Of a stretch of DNA of 64,000 nt, positions 1 to 11,960 are shown in pieces. Position 1 is the stretch's first letter. Every line of letters begins with the position of its first letter. Source of the DNA: Okamejei kenojei (taxonomy: Eukaryota); the NCBI GenBank assembly GCA_035221665.1, contig CM069160.1, positions 1,302,001 through 1,366,000 on the forward strand, read 5' to 3'. Under the pieces are notes generated by a model. It did no database searches. It saw nothing but the letters and a program-made list of their open reading frames with translations, and was not told the DNA's origin. The position numbers were made by a program, and so were the translations under genes.

Positions 1-156
1 TCACCACTCTCCAGCCCCTCCGCCTCTTCCACCTCCCTCTCCGCGCCCCCTACCTTCCCGTCCACCTCCCCGCTCCCTCCCCCTCCACTCCCTCCCCCCT
101 CTCTTGCCCCCTCCCCGTCATCTCCCCCTCTCACCCCCTGTTTTTCTCACGCACAG

Positions 157-412
157 ACCAGGCATGAGGAACTCCAGGTCTACGTGGTCCAGGACGGCAG
201 CCCGGACAAGCAGTTTGACCTGTGTTGGTGGATGACGATGAGATTCTCTACATGGACTTCAAGCTGAAGAAGGAGGTGGCGCGGATCCCCCGAGTTCCAG
301 GGCTTCCAAACGATGCAGGGAGGAGAGGCGACGATCACGGCTCAAATCGCCATCATGAAACAGAATTTAAATGTTTCAAGAACCTGTCGCACTGGAAGCC
401 CGGAGCGCAAAG
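157..412 (+). CDS. MHC-IIA: MHC class II alpha chain exon 2 (alpha1 peptide-binding domain), frameshifted in this assembly
   Basis: Pyrimidine-rich acceptor ...tttttctcacgcacAG at 155-156 and donor AG|GTGAAA at 413. Piecing frames gives RHEELQVYVVQDGSPDKQFDL-LVDDDEILYMDFKLKKEVARIP-EFQGFQTMQGGEATITAQIAIMKQNLNV-FKNLSH-GSPERK, colinear with the recalled nurse shark class II alpha (SPEKHFDV..DGDEIFYMDFNLKKEVARIPEF..MQGGEAGISANIAIVKNNL..NLSGGTPEPK). About 5 indels; correcting them gives 252 nt. Confidence 0.9.
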
Positions 413-484
413 GTGAAACGCGCTGGGGCGGGTAACCCGGGCTGTCCGCTACCGGGAGACAGATATTATTCCCATTTTAAAGCG

Positions 485-800
485 GAATTCCTGGAAATGA
501 ATCTGATTTTTCACCGGGACTGCACGTGACGTCACACACAATCCCCGCCTCGACTAATCGCCGCCTAATCGGGCTCGGGCTCGACGTCAGCGTCAGCGTT
601 CAGCGCGGCGTGCGCCCCGCCCCGCCCCGCCCTCCCGCCCACCGGCTACCCAGGCAACGCGCCTGCGCCGCCGCGGCCCCGCCCCCAGGGTGCAGCCGCC
701 CCGCTCACGTGAGGCGCCGCAACGGCCGCGGGGGCTTTAAATATGGGGAGCGCGAGCGGGAGCGGGAGCGAGGCGGCGATTCGGTGTTGTGAGCTTGGGT
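485..800 (+). promoter_or_regulatory. CpG-island promoter/enhancer-like block in intron 2
   Basis: TTCCTGGAA (GAS, 488-496), overlapping CACGTG/TGACGTCA (523-534), GACGTCA (583-589), tandem GC boxes (613-640), RFX-like GGCTACCCAGGCAAC (644-658), palindromic CTCACGTGAG (704-713), TTTAAATA (736-743). Very CpG-rich. Confidence 0.5.
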
Positions 801-810
801 TTAGTTAAGA

Positions 811-969
811 CCAGACTAAATGGGACCCATTAGATCCCAGTCGTCGCCGGGGAGCAGTGGGGAGAGGGCTGTATATGGGGGCAGTTGGGGGGAGGGAAGT
901 AGAGAAGACGGGGAAGCGTGCGATATTACGGGGGAGGGGGCAGAGGGGAAGTGGTTGGGGGTGCGATGG
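811..969 (-). mobile_element. Helitron 3' end fragment
   Basis: On the - strand: imperfect hairpin GGGATCT-AAT-GGGTCCC, then ATTTAGT-CTGG|T (CTRR end before T); same terminus as the element ending at 6593. Confidence 0.6.
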
Positions 970-1119
970 GGGTGTGTTAGCATGGACATCGTCACTATCA
1001 ATTACAGGTGTACACACATATCATCTACATCCTTCCTCTACCCAAACAAACAGTGAGTGACAGGGCGACCACGTCTCCTGCGCCAGGGTGAGTGCAAACA
1101 GTAAAGCACGGGAATACAG

Positions 1120-3904
1120 GATCACACGGTAATCGCCGTAACGGACCGGCGGCCTGACCAGGGTGACCAGACCGGGTCCGCACCTTGCCATTACCTCCTT
1201 CCCCGACGGGAACAAGCAGGGATGCCGGGGCATTGGTGGGGGCGATGAAGGCATCGGGGGGGGGACGGGCGAAGAGAAGGGCGAGGAAGCTGGAGAAAGC
1301 GGGACCGCAGCCGGGAGACGGACAGGGAGGGAGGGGGGGGGGGGGGGGGGGTGACCCCAGAGGAACGGGCAAAGCACTTGGCCGCGACAGTGGCAGCGGG
1401 GGGGCATACGGAGCCGCGGGGGAGGGAGAGGCTCGTTCATGAGCGGAGATGCTGGCGGGACCGGCAGTACACTCTTCCATCATGGTTTGACAAGGTACAA
1501 ACGAGTGGAACCGGCAGAACCGACGACCACGGCCAGCTTGGAACGGCCAGATGTGGACCTCAATACGGACGACCTGCCCGGGAGAAGAGGGCTTCTGTAT
1601 ACCGTGTTTTTTGGGCAATGCATTTCCGGACCAAGGCAGGTTTAAAGACAGAGGGGGACAGGGACTGTTGAGACACCGGGACCGTGGGCCTCGGGACATG
1701 AGGCGCTGAGCCGGGGAGTCCAGGGCATAGTCACGGGAGATGTTGCGGAGGTTCAGCAGGGCCAGGTAGATGTCGGAGCGGGATAGGCGGCAACGTTCCA
1801 ACAATCCTTTAGCACTGCAGGCCGTTGCTCTGCGGGTATTCGGGGCTGCTGGTATAATGACGAAAGTTCCATCGTTTGGCAAAAGCGCGGAACTCGGCAC
1901 TGTGAACTGGCTGCCGTTGTCCGACTGCAGGCTGGCCGGGGACCCGAAGGTGGTAAAGTGGCAGCGCAACTTCTCGATGACCGCGAAGGAATACAGGGAC
2001 TGGAGCTGGTCAACTTCACACCAGAGTCAACAAGCACCAGGAAGTGCTTTCCGTGCCACTTGAAGATGTCGGGTTGCTAGCGCGGACCAGGGCAGGTTAG
2101 CAGCTGGCTGCTGCAAGAGTGGCTGCCGCTGTTGCCGCGGAGCGAGGCTGTTGCAGGTAGGCACGCGGAGACCCTATCCCAGAAGTAGCGAGGCATGTCA
2201 GACCAGAAGAACTGGTCTGAGCGATGGAAAGGGTCGCTTCGGCCCCGGGATGGCCATGATGAGCGGTTTCGAAGTATTGTTCTCGTAGTGCTGCGGGCAC
2301 CACTGCCTTGTGCCCCTTCACAATCACACCATCACGCAGCACCAACTCGTCACGAACCAAGAAGTAAGGCACCGCTGCGGCCGGCAGGGAAAAATGGCGG
2401 TCTGGCCAAATCCTGCCTGATGATCGCAGCCAGCTGTTGTAGCGATGCGTCAACCGCCGTGTGCTTGGCCAGGGGACATCAACTGACTGGAGGGCACGAA
2501 ATTAACGTTTAGGACTATCAGATTGGATGCCTCGAACGGATGTCGGGTTGTGGATGAGAGAGGCCCCTGAGACAACGTGTCAGCAACAAACATGTCCTTG
2601 CCCTTGCGATAAACCACTGTGGAAAGTGAAGCGTTTGCAGCTGGAGCATCATGCGCTGGAGCCGGGAGGAGGCCATGTGTATCGGCTTGTTGAGGATGGT
2701 GACCAGAGGCTGGTAGTCCGTCTCGACAGTGAAGCAGGTACCCAGGATATAGTCTTTGAATTTAGAGCAGAAAAAGACAACAGCCAGCAGCTCCTTTTCA
2801 ATCTGGGCATAGTGTTCAGCGGTCGTCATTGTGCGGGATGCGTAGGACACAGGCAGTTACACCCATCATGGATCTGCAGGCAGGCGGCCCCGAGGCCAAA
2901 CCTAGATGCATCACATGTGAGAACAATGGGGCGCTGGAGGTCAAAGTACTTCAGCGTTGGCATGCTGATCAGCTTAGATTTGAGGGTGTCAAATGCTTTC
3001 TGGTGTTGCGGGAACCAGGCCCGGGCCCAGGCAGTGTCCTTTTTCTCCAGATCCCGCAGAGGGGCACTCAGTTCGCTCAGGTAGGGGATGAACTTTTCCA
3101 GGTAGTTGACCATGCCCAAGAAGCGCTGTAGGCCAGGCACATCCGCAGGTGCAGGCATCTCGGATATTGCGGCCGTCTTCTGCGGGTCGGGCTTCAGCCC
3201 CGATGCTGTGAAGACATGCCCCACGTAGGTGACCTCAGGGACCCGGAATCGGCACTTCTTCGGGTTGAGCTTCAGGTTGACCTCCCGGGCCCACTGCAGC
3301 ACCTGGCGAAGGTGGTGGTCGTGCTCAGCGACATTCTTCCCATAAACCAGGATGTCGTCGACAATGATGGCACACGGAAGCCCAGCAAACAGTTGTTCCA
3401 TGGTCCTTTGGAACACCTCGCTGGCAGAGTTGATCCCAAACGGCATGCGGAGGAAGCGATACCTGCCGAAGGGCGTGCTGAAGGTCGTCAGGTGCGAGGA
3501 TCGCTCGTCTAGAGGTATCTGCCAGAACGAACTCTTGGCATCAAGAACCGAGAAACAAGGTGGCAGGGCCGACCTGTGCAGCAAAATCCTCCACCGTCCG
3601 CATGGGATAGTGCGGGGCGCCTGATGGCCAAGTTCATTTCCTTAGGGTTGATGCAGATCCGTATTTCGCTCTTGTCTTTCTTCGCAGCGACAACCATAGT
3701 AGAAACCCACCGGGTGGAGTCCGTTACTGGCGCCAGGATGCCCGTGGCCACCATCTCGCGAAGAGCAGACTCGACCTTGCCCCTCATGGCGAACGACACA
3801 TGGTTCGGGGGACGGATGACCGGCGTGATGTCGGGATTGAGGGGAATCTTGTAGCTGCATGGCAACTTCCCCAGCTTCAAACCGGTCTGGGGAATTCGGC
3901 CAGC
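1120..3904 (-). pseudogene. pol: Gypsy pol (RT-RNaseH-integrase), frameshifted
   Basis: FSVLDAKSSFWQIPL, RMPFGI, IIVDDILV, CDASRFGLGA, YAQIEKELLAVVF, HHGHPG, SDNGSQF, C-terminal RTRSG..RPPVRY spread over several frames. Confidence 0.9.
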
Positions 3905-5126
3905 GGATATCGCTGTGGAAGCTCACCAATCCAAGGTCCTGGCAGGCCTCCACGCTGAGCAGGGGGTCACATTTACCGTCTAGCAGGAAGAAAGAGAGGG
4001 GCCGAGAGGTCTTCAGCACCTTGCAGTGGAGAGTGGCCCTCCCCACAGGAACAAGTATGCCACCCCCATAGGCACGCAAAACAGCACTGTCTGTGGAAAC
4101 GGGCTCATTATTTCTTATCTTCCTGAACAGGCTTGTTGACATAACATTAGCAGCAGCCCCCGTATCCACCTTAGCAGAGAAGGCCATGCCATTCACCGTG
4201 ACTCGGACGGTCGGGTCCGTTATCAGAGCAGCTGCACCTCGCAAGGAAAACACACTCAGTTCGCTCTGAGAAGAGTCAGAGTCAGACAGGGGGAGTTCAT
4301 CATGCTGGAGATGGGAACCAGACGCGGTATCATCACGTGTCAAGTAGCGAGACAGTTTCTGCTGTGGCTGTGCAGGGTTCCCACGGGAACGGCATGCTGC
4401 CGAGAAGTGGTTGGGCTTGTTGCAGAAATTACAGGTTTTCCCCAACGCCGGGCACACATTAGAACGGTGTGAAACAAAGTTACAATTCGGACATCGTTGA
4501 GGCGGTCTGAAGCCCGGCGCAGGGCTTGCCCTCTGTCGCCGGGGAGCATTGTACTGGCGACCAGCGAGACTGGCTGCGTGGACCACAGGGTCAGGTACAG
4601 CGGAGGAGACAGCCTCAGCTAAACGAGAGGCATGCAACGCCTCATTGAATGTCAGATCAGGCTTACGCAGCAGCTCAGAGCGCAGCTTATCATCCCGAAG
4701 ACCAAAGACCAAGATGTCACGGGTCAAAGTATCAGGGGTCAGGACATGCAGGTCACATCGGCGAGCCAGTTGGCACAGCGCGGCCATGAAATTGTCAATA
4801 GATTCCCCAGGGTTTTGGCGTCGGGAGAACAGTTTGAAACGCTCTAAGATGTGGTTAGTGGGAAGGTCACACATCGCCGTAAATTTAGCAAGCAGACATA
4901 CCGGGTCCTGGATACTCTCGCCCTGTCCATAGATGAATGACTCCGATTGCTCAAGCGCTTCGGGACCAGCTAGATTCAGCAGAAGGGAAGCCTTGACCAC
5001 GGGGGCCACAGCAGGGTGAGCGATTGTAACATAATGCTCAAAGTCACATCGGAACACACTCCAGCGATGAGTGATGTCTGCATCAAAGACTAGGATGTCA
5101 GGTTTACGACAGGCAGAAGCCATCAC
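3905..5126 (-). CDS. gag: Gypsy gag-protease
   Basis: ORF 3642-5126: CPNCNFVSHRSNVC and CNFCNKPNHFSAAC zinc knuckles, aspartic protease VDTGAAAN; the frame is lost near 3905. Confidence 0.88.
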
Positions 5127-5205
5127 GGCACAGGGAGGGGGTACTGGGACTAAGAAAATAAAACGCGATAAACCGGAGACGCAGGAAGAAGAACTTCTGA
5201 TGCCA

Positions 5206-5406
5206 TGTAGAGATGGTACACAGACACCTTAAGGTCTTCGCTACTTTATTAATCATACATCATATAGCCCTAGCTGTACGTGGTCTGTCACAATCACCAG
5301 AGAGAGAGCTGGGGGCGTGTGGGTTACAATTATACTAACTGGTGGGGGAGTGGTTAGCATGGACATCGTCACTATCAATTAAAGGTGTACACACATATCA
5401 TCTACA
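5206..5406 (-). repeat. 5' LTR of the Gypsy element (201 bp)
   Basis: TG...CA ends with 6-bp inverted repeats; its end is nearly identical to 970-1029; AATAAA on the - strand near 5245. Confidence 0.9.
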
Positions 5407-6310
5407 GTCAGGTAAGCACTTACTATGGCTGCTAGTACAACGGGCCTGTCTTCTGTCCCAGCGTCCGGACTCCATGCTGACTAGTTCCACACTCGCGGAC
5501 TCCGGGCCGCCTGTCCCCACGGGGGGGGTGGGGGGTTTGGGCCGATGCAGTGCGTGTCAGTGACTTTGGGTGTGTGGATGGACTAGACTGTCCAAACTAT
5601 GCGGCAGCTGACGGGGATGTTGCCAGGTGATCGGGGGAGGGGGGGGGGGGGTTGCTCGGAGTGCAGGTGCAGCGCAGTCAGTGACTCTGGGTGGGCAGAG
5701 GGACCAACTCTGCTGCAGTGTTTTTCAACATTGCCGGATTTTCGTCCCTGTGTGTCCGCTGCCAGGAGCCGCGGCCCCGCTCTACCCAGTCCCGTGTGCG
5801 GGCACTGCCGACCCACAGCCGCGACAGTGCGGCCGCACAGGGGGAGACGGGGTGGAGGGCGGCCGTGGCCAGACAGCACTGACCCCGGGGGGAGAGTGGG
5901 GGCTCTCTCGAAGGATGCGCTCCTTCGGCCGCTTATAACTTGGTGCTCTGGTTCAGAGCAAAGATACGAGAGCATTTGGTTCAGAGTGCTCAGTCACCCT
6001 CCACAATTATTTACAAAACAAAAATTGACCAATTCTGCAGTTTTTAACAGGTACGAAAGTGTGCGTTTCGTGTGCAGTGTATGCCGGAGGCTGCTATGTC
6101 CTCCAGAAAGATTGAGTAGCTCTGTGCATCATGCCCTTTGACCTGAAGACCTTGCGTGCAACCCCCTATTTATCTTTTGGGGGATATTTCACAACATGTG
6201 CGTTAGAAAAATTCTAAGCTTCTGTTATGTAAACTATCAGCAGAAAGCTTGAGAATCACTTTCAATTTATTGAAAATGGAGGACCCCCGGAAACCCCACC
6301 GGGGGGCTGC

Positions 6311-6382
6311 CCCTGGACCCCGCCGGGGACCTAGCCAGCCTCCTGGACCCCGCCGGGGACCTAGCCAGCCTCCTGGACCCCC
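6311..6382. repeat. 30-bp tandem repeat (~2.4 copies)
   Basis: cctggaccccgccggggacctagccagcct repeated, probably within a DNA-transposon remnant. Confidence 0.75.
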
Positions 6383-9300
6383 GGCCAATACTTCCTACTT
6401 TTTTTCTGGAGGTGATTATCGTGCTTAGTACACATTGCTTAAAATTAATAATATATATATATTAATAATATAGTACAATTCAATGCAAAATAATAGTTAA
6501 AATAAAAATTACATTATTAAAGTATCATGTAGGCTAGCCGTAAACTAAACAACGTTCAAACTAAGGATGTTTCATTCTAAATATATTTAATACTAGACTA
6601 AATGGGACCCATTGGGTCCCAGGATCACACGGGAAGGCTGGTCCCCCAACGCAATATTTCACCTCTTCACCAATTCCAATATTGGTGGCCAGTGGGTGGG
6701 GTGGGGGTGCTTTCTGGAGCGCTAGTATGGGTGTTGTGCACTGATGGGACTGGTTTCCAGAGGGCTAGTATGGACATTGTGGGCGAATGGATTCTTGGTC
6801 TTGTGGCTCAGTCACTCAAGCCTCAGTCACTCACTCACTCATGGCTGGTGGGCTCGCAGTTGACTCACGGCTATTCCTTGAATCCAATTTCAAGCCGGGT
6901 GCATGGGCACCAAATTCAAGTGTAGTTTCGTACCATTTCAAGCAGGGTAATAGGCCACTAAAGACAGCGAGTCGTGACCTCTCCCTCCCCCATCTTGCAG
7001 AGACTGAGCCACGCCCACACTTCCGGGTTTTATAGTCTCCCCCTCCCTCCCACCAGAAGGGGTGTGGCCTTCGTGGTGTGATTGACAGGAGAAAGAATCT
7101 CCACATTTATAAAACACTAATAACTCTTATTTTTCATCGATTGGAAAATTCCTCGGCACCAGACGAGCAGAGGGGGACTGAGTAAGATCGCCAAAAATTA
7201 CAGCCGTACACGTTCTTTCAAAAATCAATATAAAGCGCAAACAGGAAGTGGTCAAGATTAGACTTTTAATTATATAGAAGGCAAGGAAGGTCTAATTAGG
7301 CAAGGCAGCTCTAATTAGGCAAGGCAGCTTGCTTTAGTACTTTCAAAACCAAAGGCAACACAGCTTGCTTTAGCACTTTCAAACCAAAACACACTTTTGC
7401 ATTTTCAAACTACATCTTCAAACCACATCAAGGTAACTGACAGATCAGTAAAACCACACACAGTTTAGTAGACATGTGCTCAGCGTTATTCACAGCTCAG
7501 ACTGAGAATTGCGACCATCTTACAGAGAACTGAGGCACCTCCACACTTCCAGGTTTTATAGTCCTTCCGGAAGGGGCGTGGCCTTCAGGAGAGAGAATAA
7601 CATTTTTTAAACACTAATAACTCTTTTATTTTACACCAATGGGAAAAATCCTCTGCACCTGATGAGCGGAGGGGGACTCTGATTAGGATGGCCAAAAATA
7701 GTAAGATTAAACAAGAACTTACCAGTTTGAAGTTTGATCGTTATTTTATGAGGAGTTACGATGAAGGATTACGTGAAGAAGGCTGTCCCCACGCATGCGC
7801 GTCAATCTTCAAAGCAGCGGTGTGAAATCACAGATAACAGTTGTTGAACTAACATAGTAAGATTATAGAAGACTAGAACTACCAGATGATCGTTAAGTTA
7901 TGAGGGTAGGGAGCGGAGGGCATGCAATCCCTCATCGTAACGCCTCATAAAATAATGATCAAACTTCAAACTGGTAATTTCTCATTTAATCTTACTATTT
8001 TACTTCGGAGTCACGTGAGTGACTATGTGAAGACTTGAAGGTCTGTGATTTCATGCCGTGGAAAAACGAGTCCACACAGTCACGACTGCATCAGTTGACC
8101 ATAGATGAGGGAAACATCATAATGCATACATACATGACATAGATTTAAAAACATGCTGATGCTGATAAAGAACAAACAATAATAACAGTAACACCTCTCA
8201 ACCGAGGGGAACTATAAATTGAACCTAAATAGAGTTGGCAAATACCCCTGGTCTGGCAATGGGTTAAAATAAATGTTGGATACCTCGTTTGTTAGACCAT
8301 CCTGCAGTAGACAGGATGTGGTCCAGTGGCCGCACATAACCCTTGCTGTTTGTGTTGTAGCAGCCCTGGTGGAGTGAGATTAGAAATCAGTATCTACTCC
8401 TGTATAAGCCAAACCTTGCATAACCACCTGGAGATGGTCTGAACTAGTATCAGAGCCTCTAAGGCTCTAGATGATCTTGACGTAATGATGTAAACGTGTG
8501 ACCACATGTAACCAAAGGTGCATGGAGTATGTAAACATGAATTATGATATTGCAGATGTAATGATCCTGTCCATTCGCAATTTATGGAATGACTGGACCC
8601 GTGCGCTGAGGGCAGTGCCAGGGAATAACCTACCTATGAGAGCCGAACCAAAGATAGAGATATAGCTGGAGCCCCATAGTGAATAAATGTTAACACAATG
8701 TCAATATCCAATACTTCCATGTACTTGGGTCTGGAAGAACTTGTGTTAATGATATCCTAAATACTGATGGTGAAACCCGAGGGAGCAGGTCCCACTTGCT
8801 GCAGCAAATATGAGGAGAAGCATGTTGGGTACAGTTAATGGGACTACAACTTAATTTATTGTCAACAACCCATAGAAAAAAAAATCTAAGACGTCAGTGT
8901 ACGTGTCGTACTATATGTAACATAACATTTAACAGGAAAAACACTTCCCATTTCCTGAAGAGGCAAAGTACTGCTTTTTTGGTTGCTATCCTTGCATACT
9001 GCAGTGAGACATACATGGATCAGTCTAGCGGTCTTCTCAGATTCTGTAAAGCAATGAATTGATTAATCATGCAGAGACTGGTTCCCTGAATCCCAGGCTG
9101 AACCAGCAAAGTTTAATGATTAGAACCCCATATAAGGTTCTATATTATTCCCAACATTTTGCGTAGGCCAGTCAGACAGTCCGAGAACCCTGAATGCGGG
9201 ATCTTGCTGAATATTGCAAGCCCCAACTGATGAGGCAAAATGGAGAACCACATAAAGGAACATTCCTCCCCTGAGTTGCAAGAATGAGCCTGCATGCAAA

Positions 9301-10819
9301 CATAGCGATAGTGGGGGGTGCCACCGAGCCATAGATCCTGAAATGCTTTGTGATCCAGCATCCAAACTGTGTTGTCATTGACGTTGTATGATGATACACC
9401 AGCGGCAACAAAGGTTGGGTAAATTATGACAGGATATTTTGACTTTATTGCATCCATGTGACTAACATATGCCACCACCACAGTGTATCAACTTGGAACT
9501 AAGCATGCAGGTTTTGCATATTCGCACAATAGCCCTTTAGCCCATAGTATACACCTAGTGCCTATAGGTAATTAATACCAATAACTGAAGAATTGGTGAT
9601 TCATGCAAATTCCATCCGCCTTCATTACTAGAGATGGCATTCGTGATTGTCCATCTTAGTTCTAGCACGTGTAAGTAATATAACTGAAGATAATATGACC
9701 AAACTACTGGAGCAATACGGAATGTAGTTCGACCATCATTGTGACCATGGTAGCTTCAGCTGATAATAGCATAGGTCTGTTAACAATGACCTATATGGCA
9801 CTTGAGAGGTTAATACTTGCATGTTGAAAGTTCTAATGATGCAAGACCCAATTGCACAGCTGAAACACAGCTGCTATAGCCAATTACCCTTAATAACTAG
9901 AAGACTGCTTTGTTACAGGCTTCAATTAATTCCAATCTGTTGCCCCAGGGCAGAATCACAGGTAATTAATAGTTAACGGTAAACCCGATAAACCACAACT
10001 TCCAGTTGGTATCAACTTAAATTAGATTGGATGGCTGAAACGGTTGATTTAAGCAAAACACAGCTTAAATATCCTCCAGACCAAATTGAAATGTGTCCGG
10101 TGACCTCCTGTGAATGGGTCCTAAACAGTATGCATCTAAACAATATGCATGCCATAAAGATCCTAAGTAAATAATTAATTAGACAGTAGAGAAATTCCAT
10201 ATACTGAAAGCTATGTTGCACATGGGAATAAATGAAATATTAACCGGCATCTCGCCATCTTTCACAAGGAACAAGCCGCGCCATAATTCCGTGCCGCCTT
10301 GTATGCAGCTGTGGCCATACTACTGGCCTGCCTTAAAGCTGCTCCGGCATTCTGAGTCTGCCTCAAGAGAGAACTCTGGCCATATTAACGTCTCTGGCCG
10401 CCATTCCAAGCCATGTTTGTATACTGTGTAATAATTACCCATCATATGTCAACATTTTCATTTGTACCAAACAAGTGTAAATATTACAAACTTGTGAATG
10501 GTCCACTTACCCCACGTTTCGAACGAACCAGACCCACCTACCTCCATGGCTACCGGTGGTCTTATGGTAAGCCCAAAGGCCCGTGATGTGGGTTCCATTC
10601 CCATCCTTGATTTCCTCCCTGAGACCAGCTTGGCCCAGCTTTCAAGCGCCCATCAACTTCAGCGAACTGCTACTGCTACTGCGTGGGGTGTCATTGCCGA
10701 CATGATGGTTTAATTTGATCACTCTGTGCACTGCCTGCACTTGTAACGTCAGGGAATCTGGCCACAGCCGGGTTTTTTTGCCTCATCCCTTGCAAGTATG
10801 TCCTCTCACTCCCCCTCCA

Positions 10820-11140
10820 CCGAGAGGGAGACTTGTGGACAGCCCTGACAGGTGCTGCCGCAGGCCCCTGAGGATACCTGCACTGACATGGCCCCTCGGA
10901 CCTATATCAGAATATGAGTCTGGGCCAGAGCGAAACTGACCCCTGGTGCTCCCCTCCTCAGAGAGGGAGACATTGTGCAGCCCTGACAGGTGCTGCTGCA
11001 GGCCCCTGAGGACACCTGCGCTAACATGGCCCCCCCGGACCTATATCAGAATATGAGTCTGGGCCAGAGCGAAACTGACCCCTGATGCTCCCCTTTGCAG
11101 AGAAGAAGTCTTTGTGCAGCCTAACAGGTGCCGCTGCCTA
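10820..11140. repeat. 138-bp direct repeat within the DIRS ORF1 region
   Basis: cagccctgacaggtgctgc..gagcgaaactgacccct starts at 10840 and 10978, with a partial third copy at ~11118. Confidence 0.85.
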
Positions 11141-11344
11141 CGGGTTATTCATAATACCCGGGCTCAGATAGCTCTCTTCTGGAGCACATCTCTCTGGAGC
11201 AACCTCATTAGGTGCCTATTCCAGGTGGGTTTTAGGCATTCACAGACGCTACCCATAGGAGGGGGGAACCTCCTGGCCCGACTCGACCAAGTCCCAAGGC
11301 CTGACCAGCTTCCTCATGGTTTAACCCCTTTCCTGGGGAACCTG

Positions 11345-11960
11345 TGAGTTGCTGACCCCATAGGTAATGACTTGGTCTCGAGACCAGCTTACTGCCAGTT
11401 TTCCCCTTATTTAGAAAGACCTAAACAGTCTGGGAGCTGCTGACCCCATTGTCAGTGACTGCAGTAGCGTGACCAGCTTACTGCCAGTCTGACCGCTTTC
11501 TCTAGGAAGTCCTAAGCGGTCTGGGGGTTGCTGACCCCAATGTCCGAGACTGGGGTAGCTAGACCGGCTTGCTGCCAGTCTAACCCCTATTTCTGGGGAC
11601 CATAATGGTGTAGGAGCTACAGACCCCATAGTGAATGGCTGGGGTTGCAAGACCGACTTGTTGCCATTCTTACCCCTTCTGCTAACCCCCTTAACAGTGA
11701 CTGGGGTAGTAAGACTGGCTGACTGCCAGTCTAACCCCTTCTCTGGGGGAACCATTGTGGTGTGGGAGCTGCAGACCCCATAATGAATGGCTGGGGTTGC
11801 AAGACCGGCTGACTGCCAGTCCAACCCCAACTCTGGGGGAACCATGCGATGTGGGAGCTGCTAACCCCATTTAACAGTGACTGGGGTAGGAAGACCGGCA
11901 AACTGCCAGTCTAACCCCGTTCTCTGGGGGACCATAGCAGTCTGGGAACCCATACTGGGA
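11345..11960. repeat. ~89-bp degenerate tandem repeat (~7 units) in the DIRS 5' region
   Basis: Recurring gctgacccca..gtgactgggg..gaccggct..ctgccagtctaaccc..tctggggg. Confidence 0.8.

Larger units (their letters stand above)
970..5406 (-). mobile_element. Ty3/Gypsy LTR retrotransposon (Mag-like), 3' LTR truncated
   Basis: 5' LTR 5206-5406 (TGTAGA...TCTACA), PBS TGGCATCAGAAGT next to it (5193-5205, tRNA-Leu type), PPT GGGTAGAGGAAGGA at 1030-1043, ~60 bp of the 3' LTR at 970-1029. Domain order gag-PR-RT-RH-IN. Confidence 0.95.

Noticed and set aside
222-416. Standalone 64-aa ORF
   Set aside because: Mosaic of in-frame and out-of-frame parts of MHC exon 2.
520-720. Canonical MHC II S-X-Y promoter
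   Set aside because: The RFX-like site is not directly followed by X2 and there is no ATTGG Y box at the required spacing; the real promoter should lie upstream of exon 1, outside the window.
5407-6430. GC-rich ORFs (130-180 aa) and a possible TIR pair taagcac/gtgctta
   Set aside because: No recognisable protein motif; a 7-bp inverted match without TSD is too weak to call an element.
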